DNA from: Vampirovibrionaceae bacterium NZW_1234
GTDB taxonomy: Bacteria > Cyanobacteriota > Vampirovibrionia > Vampirovibrionales > JAGQHJ01
Direction: 5' to 3'
DNA length: 64,000 nucleotides
Assembly (NCBI GenBank): GCA_041697335.1
Contig: JBGUGD010000039.1
Location: 32,001-96,000 of the forward strand
Of this stretch, positions 18,879 to 29,561 are shown piece by piece. Under the pieces are notes generated by a model. The model did no database searches. It was not told where the DNA came from and saw only the letters and a program-made list of their open reading frames with translations. The position numbers and the translations under genes are program-made. Each line of letters begins with the position of its first letter. Position 1 is the first letter of the stretch.

Positions 18879-20198
18879 ATGCTCAGTTATCCAGACGAGA
18901 CATTACAGGCCGCAGAGGAAGATTCACAAACAACGCTACCCAAAGGCTACCCCAGCCTCCCAACACAGCTGGAAGACACAGGGCTGCCCGATGTGCTTAT
19001 TGAAGATTTGTTGCTCAAAAACTTGCTTGCCAAAGGCACCTTAACCGGGCGAGAAATGGCTGAAACCATTTGTTTGCCCTTTAAAATTGTTCACCCCATT
19101 CTGACCAACCTAAAAAACAAGATGATGCTCACCCACCGGACTACAGCATCCCTGGGGGACTTTTACTATGTCCTCACGGAGCAGGGCAAACAGCAGGCCG
19201 TTTTGTCGAAAGAATACTGTGCCTATAGTGGTGCTGCCCCGGTCGTCTTTAAAGATTATATTGATAGCGTTCATAGCCAAAGCATCCGCCATGAGCTGCC
19301 TCGGGTGGAGGACTTAAAGCGTGCCTTCTCCGATATTGTCACCCCCGAAGGCGTCCTGGAAACTCTGGGCCCAGCCATTAATTCCGGACGGGGGTTATTC
19401 CTGTTCGGCGAACCGGGAAACGGCAAAACGACCTTAGCCGAGCGAATTCGAGATTGCTTTTCAGAGGGCATTTATATCCCTCGGGCGGTTTGGGTGGATG
19501 GTGAAATTGTGCAGCTCTTTGATCCGCAAAGCCACGAGGTTCTCGATGAAGATCAGGGCGAAAAGTTCGACACCCGTTGGGTTAAAATCAAGCGACCTCT
19601 GGTTGTTGTGGGTGGGGAGCTGACCATGGATTCTTTGGAAATCAAGTATGACCCAGTTTACCGGGTTTCAGAGGCCCCACTCCAGATGAAAGCCAATGGG
19701 GGAACCTTCCTCATCGATGATTTTGGCCGCCAACGCATCGATCATCGAGATCTGCTGAATCGGTGGATTGTCCCGCTGGAAAAACGGTATGACTTCCTGA
19801 TTTTACCCAATGGCAAAAAAATACAGGTGCCTTTTGACCAGCTTATTATCTTTTCAACCAACTTAAACCCGAAAGAGCTTGTCGATGATGCATTCTTACG
19901 CCGAATCCCTTACAAAATCGAAGTCCATAGCCCTGATGAGATGCAGTTCCGAAAACTGTTCCAGTTCCAATGCGCTCGCGTGGGCATTGCCTACGATGAC
20001 ACCATGGTCAGCTACCTGATCAACCAGCACTATCAGGGAGTGCGAGGTTTTCGAGCCTGCCATGCCAGGGATATCTTGGATCAGGTTATCAATGCCTCGG
20101 CCTATTTTGGCGTGAAACCTACGTTATCCCAACAACTACTGGACTTGGCCTGCAAAAACTACTTCTCGGCCATGGCATGTAGTTCCGACAACACTTAA
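18879..20198 (+). CDS. AAA+ family ATPase with N-terminal wHTH-like region
   Basis: Walker A GEPGNGKT, Walker B FLIDDFGRQ, FSTNL, DAFLRRI. Confidence 0.85.
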   Translation: MLSYPDETLQAAEEDSQTTLPKGYPSLPTQLEDTGLPDVLIEDLLLKNLLAKGTLTGREMAETICLPFKIVHPILTNLKNKMMLTHRTTASLGDFYYVLTEQGKQQAVLSKEYCAYSGAAPVVFKDYIDSVHSQSIRHELPRVEDLKRAFSDIVTPEGVLETLGPAINSGRGLFLFGEPGNGKTTLAERIRDCFSEGIYIPRAVWVDGEIVQLFDPQSHEVLDEDQGEKFDTRWVKIKRPLVVVGGELTMDSLEIKYDPVYRVSEAPLQMKANGGTFLIDDFGRQRIDHRDLLNRWIVPLEKRYDFLILPNGKKIQVPFDQLIIFSTNLNPKELVDDAFLRRIPYKIEVHSPDEMQFRKLFQFQCARVGIAYDDTMVSYLINQHYQGVRGFRACHARDILDQVINASAYFGVKPTLSQQLLDLACKNYFSAMACSSDNT

Positions 20199-20260
20199 GC
20201 CTGCCTACTCTGAAAAAGACATCTGATCTGTTGCCGAGACACGAGGTTAGGTACGAAAGC

Positions 20261-21103
20261 TCACATTCGGATGAAATGGGGCTTAGGCCATAGCTTCATT
20301 GCAATCAGATGGCTGTCTTTCACAGCCTGAAAACTTAATTTCAAGCGAGGCTCGACTTCCAAAACCATCCCAGGCATTAAAGTTTCCTGATGCGTTGGAC
20401 TTTCAAAGAGCACTTGACCGGAAACCACAATAAAACATTGGGCTTCAGCAGTCCAATGAGGCTTTAGAGCTTTTCCCGCAGCAAGATAGATGTGGTACAA
20501 CCCTGCATAATCCTGCTGAAACAAGGGCTCATACACCACAGGCCTGGTGGCAGTCTCCCACAATGCTTTGTCCTGCAGCCGATACTCAGGCGTCTTAGAT
20601 GCTGATAAGAGGACTGAGAGATCCTCCAGGGCCTGGGTGTACACTGTCAGTTCCTGAAGTTTTCGAGCCACCAGGGCTTTTTCCTCAGGCTCCAGAACGG
20701 ATTGGGCCAGGGAAAAGACACCCTGCTCCTCTTCAAGAATATGAGCCTTCAGTCGATCTCGCCACGCAACCCATAAGGGATATAACGTTTCCAATGCAGG
20801 GAAGGGCTCGGAGGAAACCGCCTTTAAAAATGCATCTTGAGTATCCACTAGGCCTTCATGTTCCACATGCATAAGCACCATGGTTCGATACAAACTGAGG
20901 ACCGGGAACAACCCGTGTTCTTCGCAATAAAAATGACGGGCCAGATCCAGGGCCAAGGTCGAGGCTAATGTTTTTACTTGCGTTGGCTCAATGGGGTCAA
21001 CAAGGGCACTATCCATCTGGGTCATTAATCCTTCAGTCACCCGATGGGCCTGGTAGAGCAGGGCACAACACCCCTGCTTTATTTCATCGTCAGACGAGGC
21101 CAT
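20261..21103 (-). CDS. Hemerythrin-like (HHE) domain fused to C-terminal cupin-like domain
   Basis: HFYCEEHGLFP, EH, HILEEEQGVF; C-terminal LKPHW...VVSGQVLF...PGM beta-barrel pattern. Confidence 0.75.
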   Translation of the reverse strand: MASSDDEIKQGCCALLYQAHRVTEGLMTQMDSALVDPIEPTQVKTLASTLALDLARHFYCEEHGLFPVLSLYRTMVLMHVEHEGLVDTQDAFLKAVSSEPFPALETLYPLWVAWRDRLKAHILEEEQGVFSLAQSVLEPEEKALVARKLQELTVYTQALEDLSVLLSASKTPEYRLQDKALWETATRPVVYEPLFQQDYAGLYHIYLAAGKALKPHWTAEAQCFIVVSGQVLFESPTHQETLMPGMVLEVEPRLKLSFQAVKDSHLIAMKLWPKPHFIRM

Positions 21104-21185
21104 GCCAAGGTCCTCCCGATTTTACATATATTCCTTGTTCACACTGGGTATGGTGACTCGATTCAGCAGGTCACCTAGACCGGAA

Positions 21186-21827
21186 CTAGTCTACTTTGAC
21201 GAAAACACGTTGGTTTCGCAATTGCTGAGCCAATGCGTCGGCATTTTCACGATCACTAAAAATACCGAATTGAAGAACGACCTGGCCCCTGTGCTGGCGA
21301 ATATAGGGCTGGCTGGAAAGTTTCCGGTCCTGCAATTGCTTAATGGCTTCTTCCGCTGCCTCCCGGGATGAAAAGCCATCCAAATAGACAAAGTGAAGAC
21401 TTGGAGTTTGTGACGAGGACCCGGCTTCAAGAATTCGAGAACTAGGACCGGATTCGGCCTTTGGGGCATCCGGAAGTGGAACTTCCGGAGAACCATCCTG
21501 AGGGGTTACCTGAGGTTCCAGCGGAACCACTTCAGTAATGGTTTCCTGGGCATTGGGATTGGGGGTCGTCTGGGTGTTATCGGCTGTTTCCTGGGGCTGT
21601 GCTTCTTCTGGAGAACTGACTTTGGCAGGAACTTTTGTGCCTTCACTTTCACTCGTGTCTACCTGAGCACGATTGAAGGCATCAATCGGCGAAGGCGCCG
21701 ATTCCGGATTTTTGACGTTGAAGGAGATATCCATGTCCTTGATAAACACACCGTAAATAATCACCATAATGATGATGGAAAAGGACATGGCCGATAAAAA
21801 CAGAAGAAAAAGCTTTCGTTTACCCAT
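21186..21827 (-). CDS. SPOR-domain membrane-anchored cell-wall/division protein
   Basis: N-terminal TM, disordered linker, C-terminal GFSSREAAE...QFGIFSDRENA SPOR pattern. Confidence 0.8.
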   Translation of the reverse strand: MGKRKLFLLFLSAMSFSIIIMVIIYGVFIKDMDISFNVKNPESAPSPIDAFNRAQVDTSESEGTKVPAKVSSPEEAQPQETADNTQTTPNPNAQETITEVVPLEPQVTPQDGSPEVPLPDAPKAESGPSSRILEAGSSSQTPSLHFVYLDGFSSREAAEEAIKQLQDRKLSSQPYIRQHRGQVVLQFGIFSDRENADALAQQLRNQRVFVKVD

Positions 21828-21834
21828 GTCGACA

Positions 21835-22410
21835 CTACACCACAGCTTTAACCTTGCAACAACAGAGCTTAATGTCTTCCCATTCCTCGGACAGCGTTTT
21901 CATACAGGACAAGGCCAAAGCCTTCACCTGTTGAATTCCCATATCCGAACTCAAGCCGGCCGACTCGACAGGCGTACCCTCCGACTCCACATTAAGCCCG
22001 GCATGAATCAAAATAGAGGTTGGACTGACCGTACAAATAGATACTGAGAGCTTTTTGCTGTCATTAACAAATAAATCGTCTCCAATCCGACGCAGGCTAA
22101 TGTCGGGCCGATCGGCAATCATATCCATAAGTTTGCCTTGAATAATGGCTGAAAAAAGACGCTGCAGAATGACGCCTTCGCGTAAATCCATATCAAAAAT
22201 TTCAATAATAAAGTTCAGCATCCGAGGCGAATAGATCAGGTCATCGTTTAAAACGTCTTCCAAATCCACCATGCGTTTCTTATCAATGTCACACGGCCCT
22301 ACGAAGCCAACCACAGCATCACCCAGGATTCCAAAATTCTTGTAAATCCAGTGATTGGATAACTCTTCACCCGTATAGGGAAACTCTTCATCAATAAAGT
22401 GATACTTCAT
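21835..22410 (-). CDS. DUF366-like protein (lipoate/biotin-ligase-like fold)
   Basis: YTGEEL..HWIY, GDAVVGFVGPC, RRIGDDLFV..KKLSVSI, HAGLNV. Confidence 0.7.
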   Translation of the reverse strand: MKYHFIDEEFPYTGEELSNHWIYKNFGILGDAVVGFVGPCDIDKKRMVDLEDVLNDDLIYSPRMLNFIIEIFDMDLREGVILQRLFSAIIQGKLMDMIADRPDISLRRIGDDLFVNDSKKLSVSICTVSPTSILIHAGLNVESEGTPVESAGLSSDMGIQQVKALALSCMKTLSEEWEDIKLCCCKVKAVV

Positions 22411-22488
22411 AGAACCACACTAAGTGCATTGTTGATGTGCTTACGTACTTTCTTCAGAGTAGCGGATCCGACAGGCCAAGGGCAACTA

Positions 22489-24744
22489 TTAATCATTATT
22501 GAGATTCTCCTGCACCGAATCCAATGTATTTTTCCAGTTTTTGAACTTTTCAGCCTTTTCAGCGGGTGTTTCTTGAATAACGGGTGTTGCAGGACGCCCT
22601 GCATCCTGACCACCGGACTCGGGTTGAGCATCACCAACAGATACCGTAGATGCGGACTTCACAGACGTTTTACCCGATGCCGGCTTGTTGGCATCCTGTC
22701 CTGCCTTAGCTTTCTTGCCTGAATCCGTCTCAGTATCAAAATCCACTTTGTCTTTATCCAGGTTTTCAACACCCAGCTTACGCTTGGCATCGGCCAACCC
22801 ATCGGGATCTACCAAATGTATAATCCCCATTTTGGCCGCATAATCGCTTGAAGCGACAAAGAACTTTTGAGGCGGAATATTATGTGTTTTGTAATAGACA
22901 TCGGCAAAAGCATGCCAGACCTTGGCTGAGTTTGCTCCAAACACCCCGTGCATCGGTTTATTGGCCGGATCTCCCATCCACACCCCAGCAACCAAATCTG
23001 GGGTAAAGCCCATAAACCAAATATCACGCATCTGGTCGGTAGTTCCCGTTTTTCCAGCCACGACACGCTTTTCCAGGCGAGCGTTTTTCCCGGTTCCTTT
23101 TTCGACTACATCAATCAAAATATCCACCAGCGCAGCAACGTCATCTTGCTCAAAAACCCGTTTAGGTGCCGGGGTATCGATTTTAATCAGCTTACCCTGA
23201 CTATCCTCAACTCGCTTAATGGCCGTCGGCTGCACATAAATACCGCCACGAGCAAAGGTAGAATAAGCCGAGGCCAGCTCCAAAAGAGACACCCCGGAAG
23301 ACCCCAACAAGCTGGACGAATTGTTATCAATCGGGGAAATAATCCCGGCCAGTTGGCATGTCTTGATAACTTCATCCAGACCCACCTTCATCCCAACTTG
23401 AACTGTTGTTGTATTCCGAGACAGAGTCAAGGCTTTGCGGATGTCCATCCCCCCCATATACTTGCCGTCCCAGTTATGAGGCGACCAGCCTCCATAGGAT
23501 ACCGGGCGATCCGAAATGGGAGACTTGGTTGTGATTTTTCCCAAACGAAAACCGGTTAGATAGACGAACGGCTTGAAGGTGGACCCAACGGCTCGTCGAG
23601 ACTGCGTGGCAGCATTATATTGGTTCTTTTGAAAATCCACGCCACCAACCATAGCCAAAATTTCACCAGCTCCCACATCAATGGCGACCAAAGCCCCTTG
23701 CTTAATTCCCGATCCGGAAGGAGCGTTAGTCACCCCTTCATAGACGGCTTTTTCTGCCGCATCTTGTGCCTTTTCGTCCATAGTGGTATAGACTCTAAGC
23801 CCACCTCGACGAACCACATCTTCTCCGTAAGTGGCTTCCAGCTCCTGAATAACATAAGTAACAAAGTAAGGGTGCTTGGAAGGCTTAGAATCCCGGCTGT
23901 TTAACACAATTTCTTCTTCAACCGCTTCCTGGCGCTGCTTAGCGGTAATATAGCCGAACTCTTCCATTTTACCAATCACTTCCAACTGGCGGCGACGAGC
24001 AGCTTCTGGATACACATATGGAGAAAGCCCTTCCGGAGCCTTCAACAATCCGGCCAACATGGCTGACTGAGCAATCGTCAGCTGCTTGGCGGGACGTTTA
24101 AAATAACGCCGAGCTGCTTTTTCGACCCCGTAGCTCAGGTTCCCGAAATAAACCTGATTCAGATACATTTCCAGAATCTTGTCTTTGCTATAGTGCTTTT
24201 CAACCCGCAAGGCCAAAATCGCTTCGGCAATCTTACGGGTATAGGACTTCTCCGGGGTCAGGAACAGGTTCTTTACCAGCTGTTGCGTTACTGTACTTCC
24301 CCCTTGCACGTGGCCTTCGGCACTCACATCGGTAACAAAGGCCCGAGCCGTCCCGCGAAGGTCGATCCCGTTGTGTTCATAGAAGCGATTATCTTCTGTC
24401 GCAAGCACCGCACGAATCATATTGGGCGAAATATCCTTCAAGCGAACAACCACCCGATCTTCATCTCCATGAATATTGGCAATCAAAGTTCCACTGCGAT
24501 CAAAGATTTGTGTACTCTCGTTAGGCCGATAGGTTTCCAAAATCCGAATATCCGGGAGCTGGCTAGTGCTCTTGGAGATCAACATCCCCAAAACCACCGA
24601 GATGATTAACAAGAAGAATACAATACCCCACTTCAAGAAAAACCCCAGGGTGAACGTGGCTTTCTCTCGAGGATCTTCCGAGAAATCAACCGGAAGCTCA
24701 TAATAGCTTTGTTGGGGAGGGTTGTCGTGCAAATGATTAACCAT
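22489..24744 (-). CDS. Class A penicillin-binding protein (PBP1A family)
   Basis: Transglycosylase EDNRFYEHNG, GGSTVTQQLVKN; transpeptidase STFK, SRN, KTGT. Confidence 0.96.
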   Translation of the reverse strand: MVNHLHDNPPQQSYYELPVDFSEDPREKATFTLGFFLKWGIVFFLLIISVVLGMLISKSTSQLPDIRILETYRPNESTQIFDRSGTLIANIHGDEDRVVVRLKDISPNMIRAVLATEDNRFYEHNGIDLRGTARAFVTDVSAEGHVQGGSTVTQQLVKNLFLTPEKSYTRKIAEAILALRVEKHYSKDKILEMYLNQVYFGNLSYGVEKAARRYFKRPAKQLTIAQSAMLAGLLKAPEGLSPYVYPEAARRRQLEVIGKMEEFGYITAKQRQEAVEEEIVLNSRDSKPSKHPYFVTYVIQELEATYGEDVVRRGGLRVYTTMDEKAQDAAEKAVYEGVTNAPSGSGIKQGALVAIDVGAGEILAMVGGVDFQKNQYNAATQSRRAVGSTFKPFVYLTGFRLGKITTKSPISDRPVSYGGWSPHNWDGKYMGGMDIRKALTLSRNTTTVQVGMKVGLDEVIKTCQLAGIISPIDNNSSSLLGSSGVSLLELASAYSTFARGGIYVQPTAIKRVEDSQGKLIKIDTPAPKRVFEQDDVAALVDILIDVVEKGTGKNARLEKRVVAGKTGTTDQMRDIWFMGFTPDLVAGVWMGDPANKPMHGVFGANSAKVWHAFADVYYKTHNIPPQKFFVASSDYAAKMGIIHLVDPDGLADAKRKLGVENLDKDKVDFDTETDSGKKAKAGQDANKPASGKTSVKSASTVSVGDAQPESGGQDAGRPATPVIQETPAEKAEKFKNWKNTLDSVQENLNND

Positions 24745-24746
24745 AA

Positions 24747-26849
24747 CTACACCACCAGCTTTGTAAAGTCGGCATATTGGCGATAAGAACGATTCAATGC
24801 GCTGAGCAAGACATAGCGATTGGCTTTGACTGCCGCATCGTCAACATTCACCATCACATTATCAAAGAATGCTTCCACAGCGGGTGCCCAGTGTCGCATG
24901 GGTGCTAAAGCCGCCTCAAAGGAGAGGGCCTCAACCGCGTGTTTTTGGACAGTGTCGAACAATACCCGCTCCGAATCATCCTTAAAGAGTTGTCCATTCA
25001 CCTGACTCAAGGACGCAGTGGGATTATAAGCCTTTCCCAAGATCCGGGAAATCCGATTGGCAGGCTCATAAAGACTCTTAAACAGATCAACATCCTGCTG
25101 CAATTGTTTCAAGGTCCCCAGGCGTTGAACGGTATCAGCCAGGTTGGCAAACGGCGAGATATCGCTCTCTAAAACAGCATCAATGGTGTCATAGGAATAA
25201 TTCTGATCCAAAAGATAGCCTTTGAACCGTTGCAACAGGAACTGAGTAGTACGCTCCAAGGTATCCTGGCGAGACTCTTGTGCCAAAGCTCCCAGATTAT
25301 CGTAGGCTTGGCCAAGAGCTTCATCCAGATTAACAACAATTTTGTTGTCCAGGATAGTCAAAAGAATGCCGAGCGCCATCCGCCGAAGCCCCATAGGGTC
25401 TTTTGAACCGGTTGGATAGCGAGCGTCTTTTTGAGAAAAAACAGCAACCATTGTATCCAGCTTGTCCGCCAGAGACAGAATAATACCCAGCCTGGAGGAG
25501 GCAACAGCATCACCCATAAAACGAGGTTGATAATGTTCAGCAATCGCTATAGCTACATCAGGCTTTTCCCCGCTGAGTTGTGCATAGTGCTTACCCATGA
25601 CACCTTGTAATTCTGTGAGTTCACGCACCATATTGGTGACCAAATCCGCCTTACACAATTCAGCAGCACGCACTGCATCGGTCACTAAGGACGGATTATC
25701 CAGGCCAAGCCCAGGAGCTAAAGCAGCCACAAGGGTTTTTAATCGATTGGTCTTATCCAAGAGTGAGCCTAAGCCTTTTTGAAAGGTCACACCTTGAAGT
25801 TGAGCCACATAGTCACTAAACGGACGCTTACGATCTTCCTGAAAGAAGAAACTGGCATCTTCCAAGCGAGCTCGAAGCACTTTTTCATTCCCATGGCGGA
25901 TCATGTCATCGGCCTGATCGGTCGGGTTATTAGAAATGGTGATGAAGTAGGGCATCAAATTGCCCGAGGCATCCTCGACAGAAAAATATTTCTGGTGGGC
26001 TGCCATCACAGTTGTAATAACCTCTTTGGGCAAAGCCAAAAACTCAGGGGCGAAAGACCCATATACTAAATGCGGGGACTCAACCAGCATCGTAACCGTA
26101 TCCAACAAACCGGGATTCTCTGGAACAACTCCCTTTAAGGACGCGGCCACATTGGCAAGGCCTTCCTGAATCCGCTGACGTCGCACAGCCTGATCCACAA
26201 TCACCAAACCTTTTTCAGCCAGGGTTTGTTGATATTGTTCCACGCTGGGAATTTCAATGGCCTGGGCCTTGGCAAAAAAGCGATGCCCTCTAGTGATTTG
26301 TCCGGATTTTTGAAGACCAATCGTCACAGAAACAGGCGTCTTGTCCAGCATTGAAACCAACCAGCGTATGGGCCGCGAAAATTTGACATCACTGGAATCC
26401 CAGACCATGAAGTGCGAGCCGGAAAGACTCAACACTACATCAGGCAAGATTTCCGGCAAGACTTCGGCAGACGTACGCCCTTGTAACTGACGACGATAGA
26501 CCATATAGGGAGTTCCATCGATAGTTTCTTGAATCAATTGAGAGAAATCCACACCAACCTTTTTGGCGAAACCCAACCCTGCGGGAGTCGGATGGCCGTT
26601 CGCATCCAGCGCTACCGAGACGGGAGGACCTTTCAACACTTCTTCAGAGTCCGCTTGCGAGGACGCGAGGCCATCAATAAACAAAGCTAACCGGCGAGGG
26701 GTCTGGAGCACCCGGATATCACCGTAAGACAACTTGGCTTTTTCCAACGCATCCTGGGTCAGGTGTTTCAGCTCGCCTGCACATGTTTCCAAAAACCCAG
26801 ACGGAAGCTCTTCTGTACCGACTTCCAGCAAATATGTCGATCCGGTCAC
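24747..26849 (-). CDS. glyS: Glycine--tRNA ligase beta subunit
   Basis: LLEVGTEELP, TPRRLA, FSRPIRW, ELQGVMG, TGSKDPMGLRR. Confidence 0.97.
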   Translation of the reverse strand: MTGSTYLLEVGTEELPSGFLETCAGELKHLTQDALEKAKLSYGDIRVLQTPRRLALFIDGLASSQADSEEVLKGPPVSVALDANGHPTPAGLGFAKKVGVDFSQLIQETIDGTPYMVYRRQLQGRTSAEVLPEILPDVVLSLSGSHFMVWDSSDVKFSRPIRWLVSMLDKTPVSVTIGLQKSGQITRGHRFFAKAQAIEIPSVEQYQQTLAEKGLVIVDQAVRRQRIQEGLANVAASLKGVVPENPGLLDTVTMLVESPHLVYGSFAPEFLALPKEVITTVMAAHQKYFSVEDASGNLMPYFITISNNPTDQADDMIRHGNEKVLRARLEDASFFFQEDRKRPFSDYVAQLQGVTFQKGLGSLLDKTNRLKTLVAALAPGLGLDNPSLVTDAVRAAELCKADLVTNMVRELTELQGVMGKHYAQLSGEKPDVAIAIAEHYQPRFMGDAVASSRLGIILSLADKLDTMVAVFSQKDARYPTGSKDPMGLRRMALGILLTILDNKIVVNLDEALGQAYDNLGALAQESRQDTLERTTQFLLQRFKGYLLDQNYSYDTIDAVLESDISPFANLADTVQRLGTLKQLQQDVDLFKSLYEPANRISRILGKAYNPTASLSQVNGQLFKDDSERVLFDTVQKHAVEALSFEAALAPMRHWAPAVEAFFDNVMVNVDDAAVKANRYVLLSALNRSYRQYADFTKLVV

Positions 26850-27072
26850 TCTGTGTCAGCCTCTCCAAAACCTGATACTACACCAGTATTGTGAGTCAAA
26901 CCCAGCATTTGGACAAGAGGTTGTTTATCCAAGACAGACAGAACGACAGGATTAGCAACCTCGAGCATGGACTCACACCGGTCATTTTATCGCAGTTGAG
27001 CACCCTGAGGGCCTTCTCTTTATGAATTCTTGATAGCTTAATGACCATCCCTAAGCGCCACGGCCCCGTTTC

Positions 27073-27101
27073 TTGACAGTCCTTCCCAGGCCCATTAAGA
27101 T
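27073..27101 (+). promoter_or_regulatory. Sigma70-type promoter of tRNA-Leu
   Basis: TTGACA-N17-TAAGAT, 16 nt upstream of the tRNA. Confidence 0.75.
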
Positions 27102-27117
27102 GTAATTCGCACCCCAT

Positions 27118-27201
<84 letters not shown>

Positions 27202-27423
27202 AGTTTGACAATCTGCTCGGCTTTACTCTTCAGAGAGTCCTTTGGCTCTTCGATTTAAACGATTGTGCACCAGAGGGCTTGATCCATCTGAATACATTGG
27301 CTCCCAAGTACCCCGACAGTATTCATTAAAAGATTCTGAACTTTGACAACAGGGACCAAGCCTGGCGTTTTTATATAAATGAGTACATTTTGAACATCTT
27401 TTGTTCAGTGGTTAGGTGCGGTT

Positions 27424-27726
27424 TTGGCAATAGGGTGGAAGTTACGTCTTATGTCTGGAAATATACCGGTATCGAAAAGCAAGCCAGCAATGAATATACC
27501 CCAAGAAAAATCAAGGGAGAATGAGGCACCACGTCGAAAAAGCACCACATTAGAGCGCTTTGCGGCATTTGTTGGCGATGCTGTTGCACAAATTCCTCCT
27601 GGAAACCGAGGATTTAAACCATTTTCCAGAATGCTCGATATGAATGATCGCCTTGTGGATTTAGAGACTAACTTTCAGCGGCTCACCACCAAGTCTTCCA
27701 AGTCAGAAAGCTCTAAGCAGCCCTGA
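27424..27726 (+). CDS. Hypothetical protein
   Basis: Only sizeable ORF after the tRNA; start uncertain. Confidence 0.5.
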   Translation: MAIGWKLRLMSGNIPVSKSKPAMNIPQEKSRENEAPRRKSTTLERFAAFVGDAVAQIPPGNRGFKPFSRMLDMNDRLVDLETNFQRLTTKSSKSESSKQP

Positions 27727-28098
27727 GACCTATCTCATTTTTTCAACTTCGTAAGGGTTCTATACAAACTAACCCCGATTTTTTGGCATTGATCTGAAAT
27801 ATTGACACTACCAAAGAATAAAGAGACCCGTATTAGCATTTATTACTAACATGGCCTCTCTGAAAACGCTTTATATAAAAGAACAATAGATAACAAGGTC
27901 GGGGAAAGAGCCATTTTACATAAGGTTGTATTTATCTCATTCCTAAAATTCCAGCAGATTAAACCTGATGTAGCCAAATGTTACTCATCCAGCGGGCCCA
28001 GCAAAGGCACAACGTAATCAGCACCCCACACCGAAGCACGAACACCATGGTATAGTGATCTCACTGCTTCTTCTCGTGCTGTGTTATGGGAGGCACCT

Positions 28099-28713
28099 GT
28101 GAGTCTGTTACGCCGAACCCTAGTGGATGCCGTTGTCTTATTGACTGTTATCGCCATTGTCTACCCGCTAGTGATTACCTTTATCATCAAACCGCAGAAC
28201 CCCCTTGAAGCAGCCCCATTTACCATGGGCTATGTGGATCTTAATCGGGTTTTTACCACCTCGGACCATGGCAGCAAACAATATGCGGCGTTGCAGAAGC
28301 TTATCCGGGAGCAATCTGCCGCAGTGCAGGAGCAAAGTCGTAAAACCGAAGCCTTACGAAAAGAAATTAATCAGCTGTTAAGTCAAGGTAACGCCACAGC
28401 GGCCCAACAAAAAATGAGTGCTTATCAACAAAATGAAGTCGCGTTGAATACCCTACAGCAAAAAGCCTCAGCCCTCATTCAGGCGGCTCAATCGGAAGTC
28501 GACCGTAATTTCGTTGGCCAACTCAGGTTGGCCACCGACCAGGTTCGTGAAGAAGAAGGGCTAACTATTATTAATGCCATCGAACCCACCAAAACGTTGT
28601 CCTATGACCCCAAACTGGATATTACCGAGAAAGTCCTACAGAAGTTTAACCAGCTCTATCCGGCCACACCGGCATCTTCCGAAATCAAGCTCAATCAGAA
28701 AGCACCCCAATAA
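28099..28713 (+). CDS. OmpH/Skp family periplasmic chaperone
   Basis: GYVDLNRVF, coiled coil, LDITEKVL; GTG at 28099 after GGAGG. Confidence 0.82.
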   Translation: MSLLRRTLVDAVVLLTVIAIVYPLVITFIIKPQNPLEAAPFTMGYVDLNRVFTTSDHGSKQYAALQKLIREQSAAVQEQSRKTEALRKEINQLLSQGNATAAQQKMSAYQQNEVALNTLQQKASALIQAAQSEVDRNFVGQLRLATDQVREEEGLTIINAIEPTKTLSYDPKLDITEKVLQKFNQLYPATPASSEIKLNQKAPQ

Positions 28714-28714
28714 A

Positions 28715-28746
28715 AACAGCTGCCCCTCTAGCGAAGAGCAGCTGTT
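28715..28746. terminator. Terminator between convergent OmpH and pilin genes
   Basis: AACAGCTGC / GCAGCTGTT stem with flanking A/T runs. Confidence 0.6.
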
Positions 28747-28769
28747 GATTTTGATACGATCCTAGGGAA

Positions 28770-29510
28770 CTAGTTAACCAAGTGCTTACCAGCGTGGGTA
28801 CGGCCTTCCAGGAATGGAGCGGCTAAAGCAGTACCATTGGCGGCAAGAGGCGAAATGCCATTGGCCGGATCGGAAGCAACAGAACCGTTACCCCAGCGGA
28901 AGGACTTTTGGCCTTCTGCTTGGGAACCCACTACAGCGTCAAATGCACCCCACTGGTTAAAGTTACCGACGAAGGCATCTACACCAGCACGGTTGGGCTT
29001 ACTGCTACCGTTATAGTCAATACAGATCACGTTGTTATTTTGTGCGAATTCTCTGGGGAACGGACTGAGGTTCGGCCCGCGTAAACCAGCGATAACAACA
29101 CCATTAGGCAGTTGAACCCAGCCAAGGAAACCTGCGCAGGGGTGAGCCGGGCTCAAACCATTGAAAGGTCCAGCAGGGATGTTCCCGTTAGCAGCCGCAG
29201 CGACATCGTCTGGTGCATTCGCAACGGTGTTCAGGCTACCAATCAGATTGGCATATAAATCGGTGAGTGGGGTTGCGTTTGCCGTTGCACTGGTGTCCAA
29301 AGTGCCTTGGATTTGCTTGTTGTAATAAGCGCTTTCCAGGGTTGCGACCGCTTCACGGACTTTCGCTTGTGCTTCTTGAGATCCAGAGGATTGCAAGACT
29401 TTAGGAATGGTGAAAGCGGCAATAACACCGAGCAAAGCGAGTGCAATCAATAATTCTGCAAGGGTGAAACCCTTTTGTGCTGATGTCCTCATTCGTGAGA
29501 AAACCTCCAT
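28770..29510 (-). CDS. Type IV pilin-like protein (prepilin N-terminal methylation motif)
   Basis: KG|FTLAELLIALALLGVIAAFTIP class III signal; IDYNG..KPN..G.D motif. Confidence 0.9.
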   Translation of the reverse strand: MEVFSRMRTSAQKGFTLAELLIALALLGVIAAFTIPKVLQSSGSQEAQAKVREAVATLESAYYNKQIQGTLDTSATANATPLTDLYANLIGSLNTVANAPDDVAAAANGNIPAGPFNGLSPAHPCAGFLGWVQLPNGVVIAGLRGPNLSPFPREFAQNNNVICIDYNGSSKPNRAGVDAFVGNFNQWGAFDAVVGSQAEGQKSFRWGNGSVASDPANGISPLAANGTALAAPFLEGRTHAGKHLVN

Positions 29511-29561
29511 ATTACCTTGTTCTGTTACGGTGGTCTGAAAAGTAAACTATGATTACGGGGG

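Noticed and set aside
27202..28080. AT-rich stretch after tRNA-Leu as a possible integrated island
   Set aside because: No integrase, no duplicated tRNA 3' end seen, and ordinary genes resume within 1 kb.
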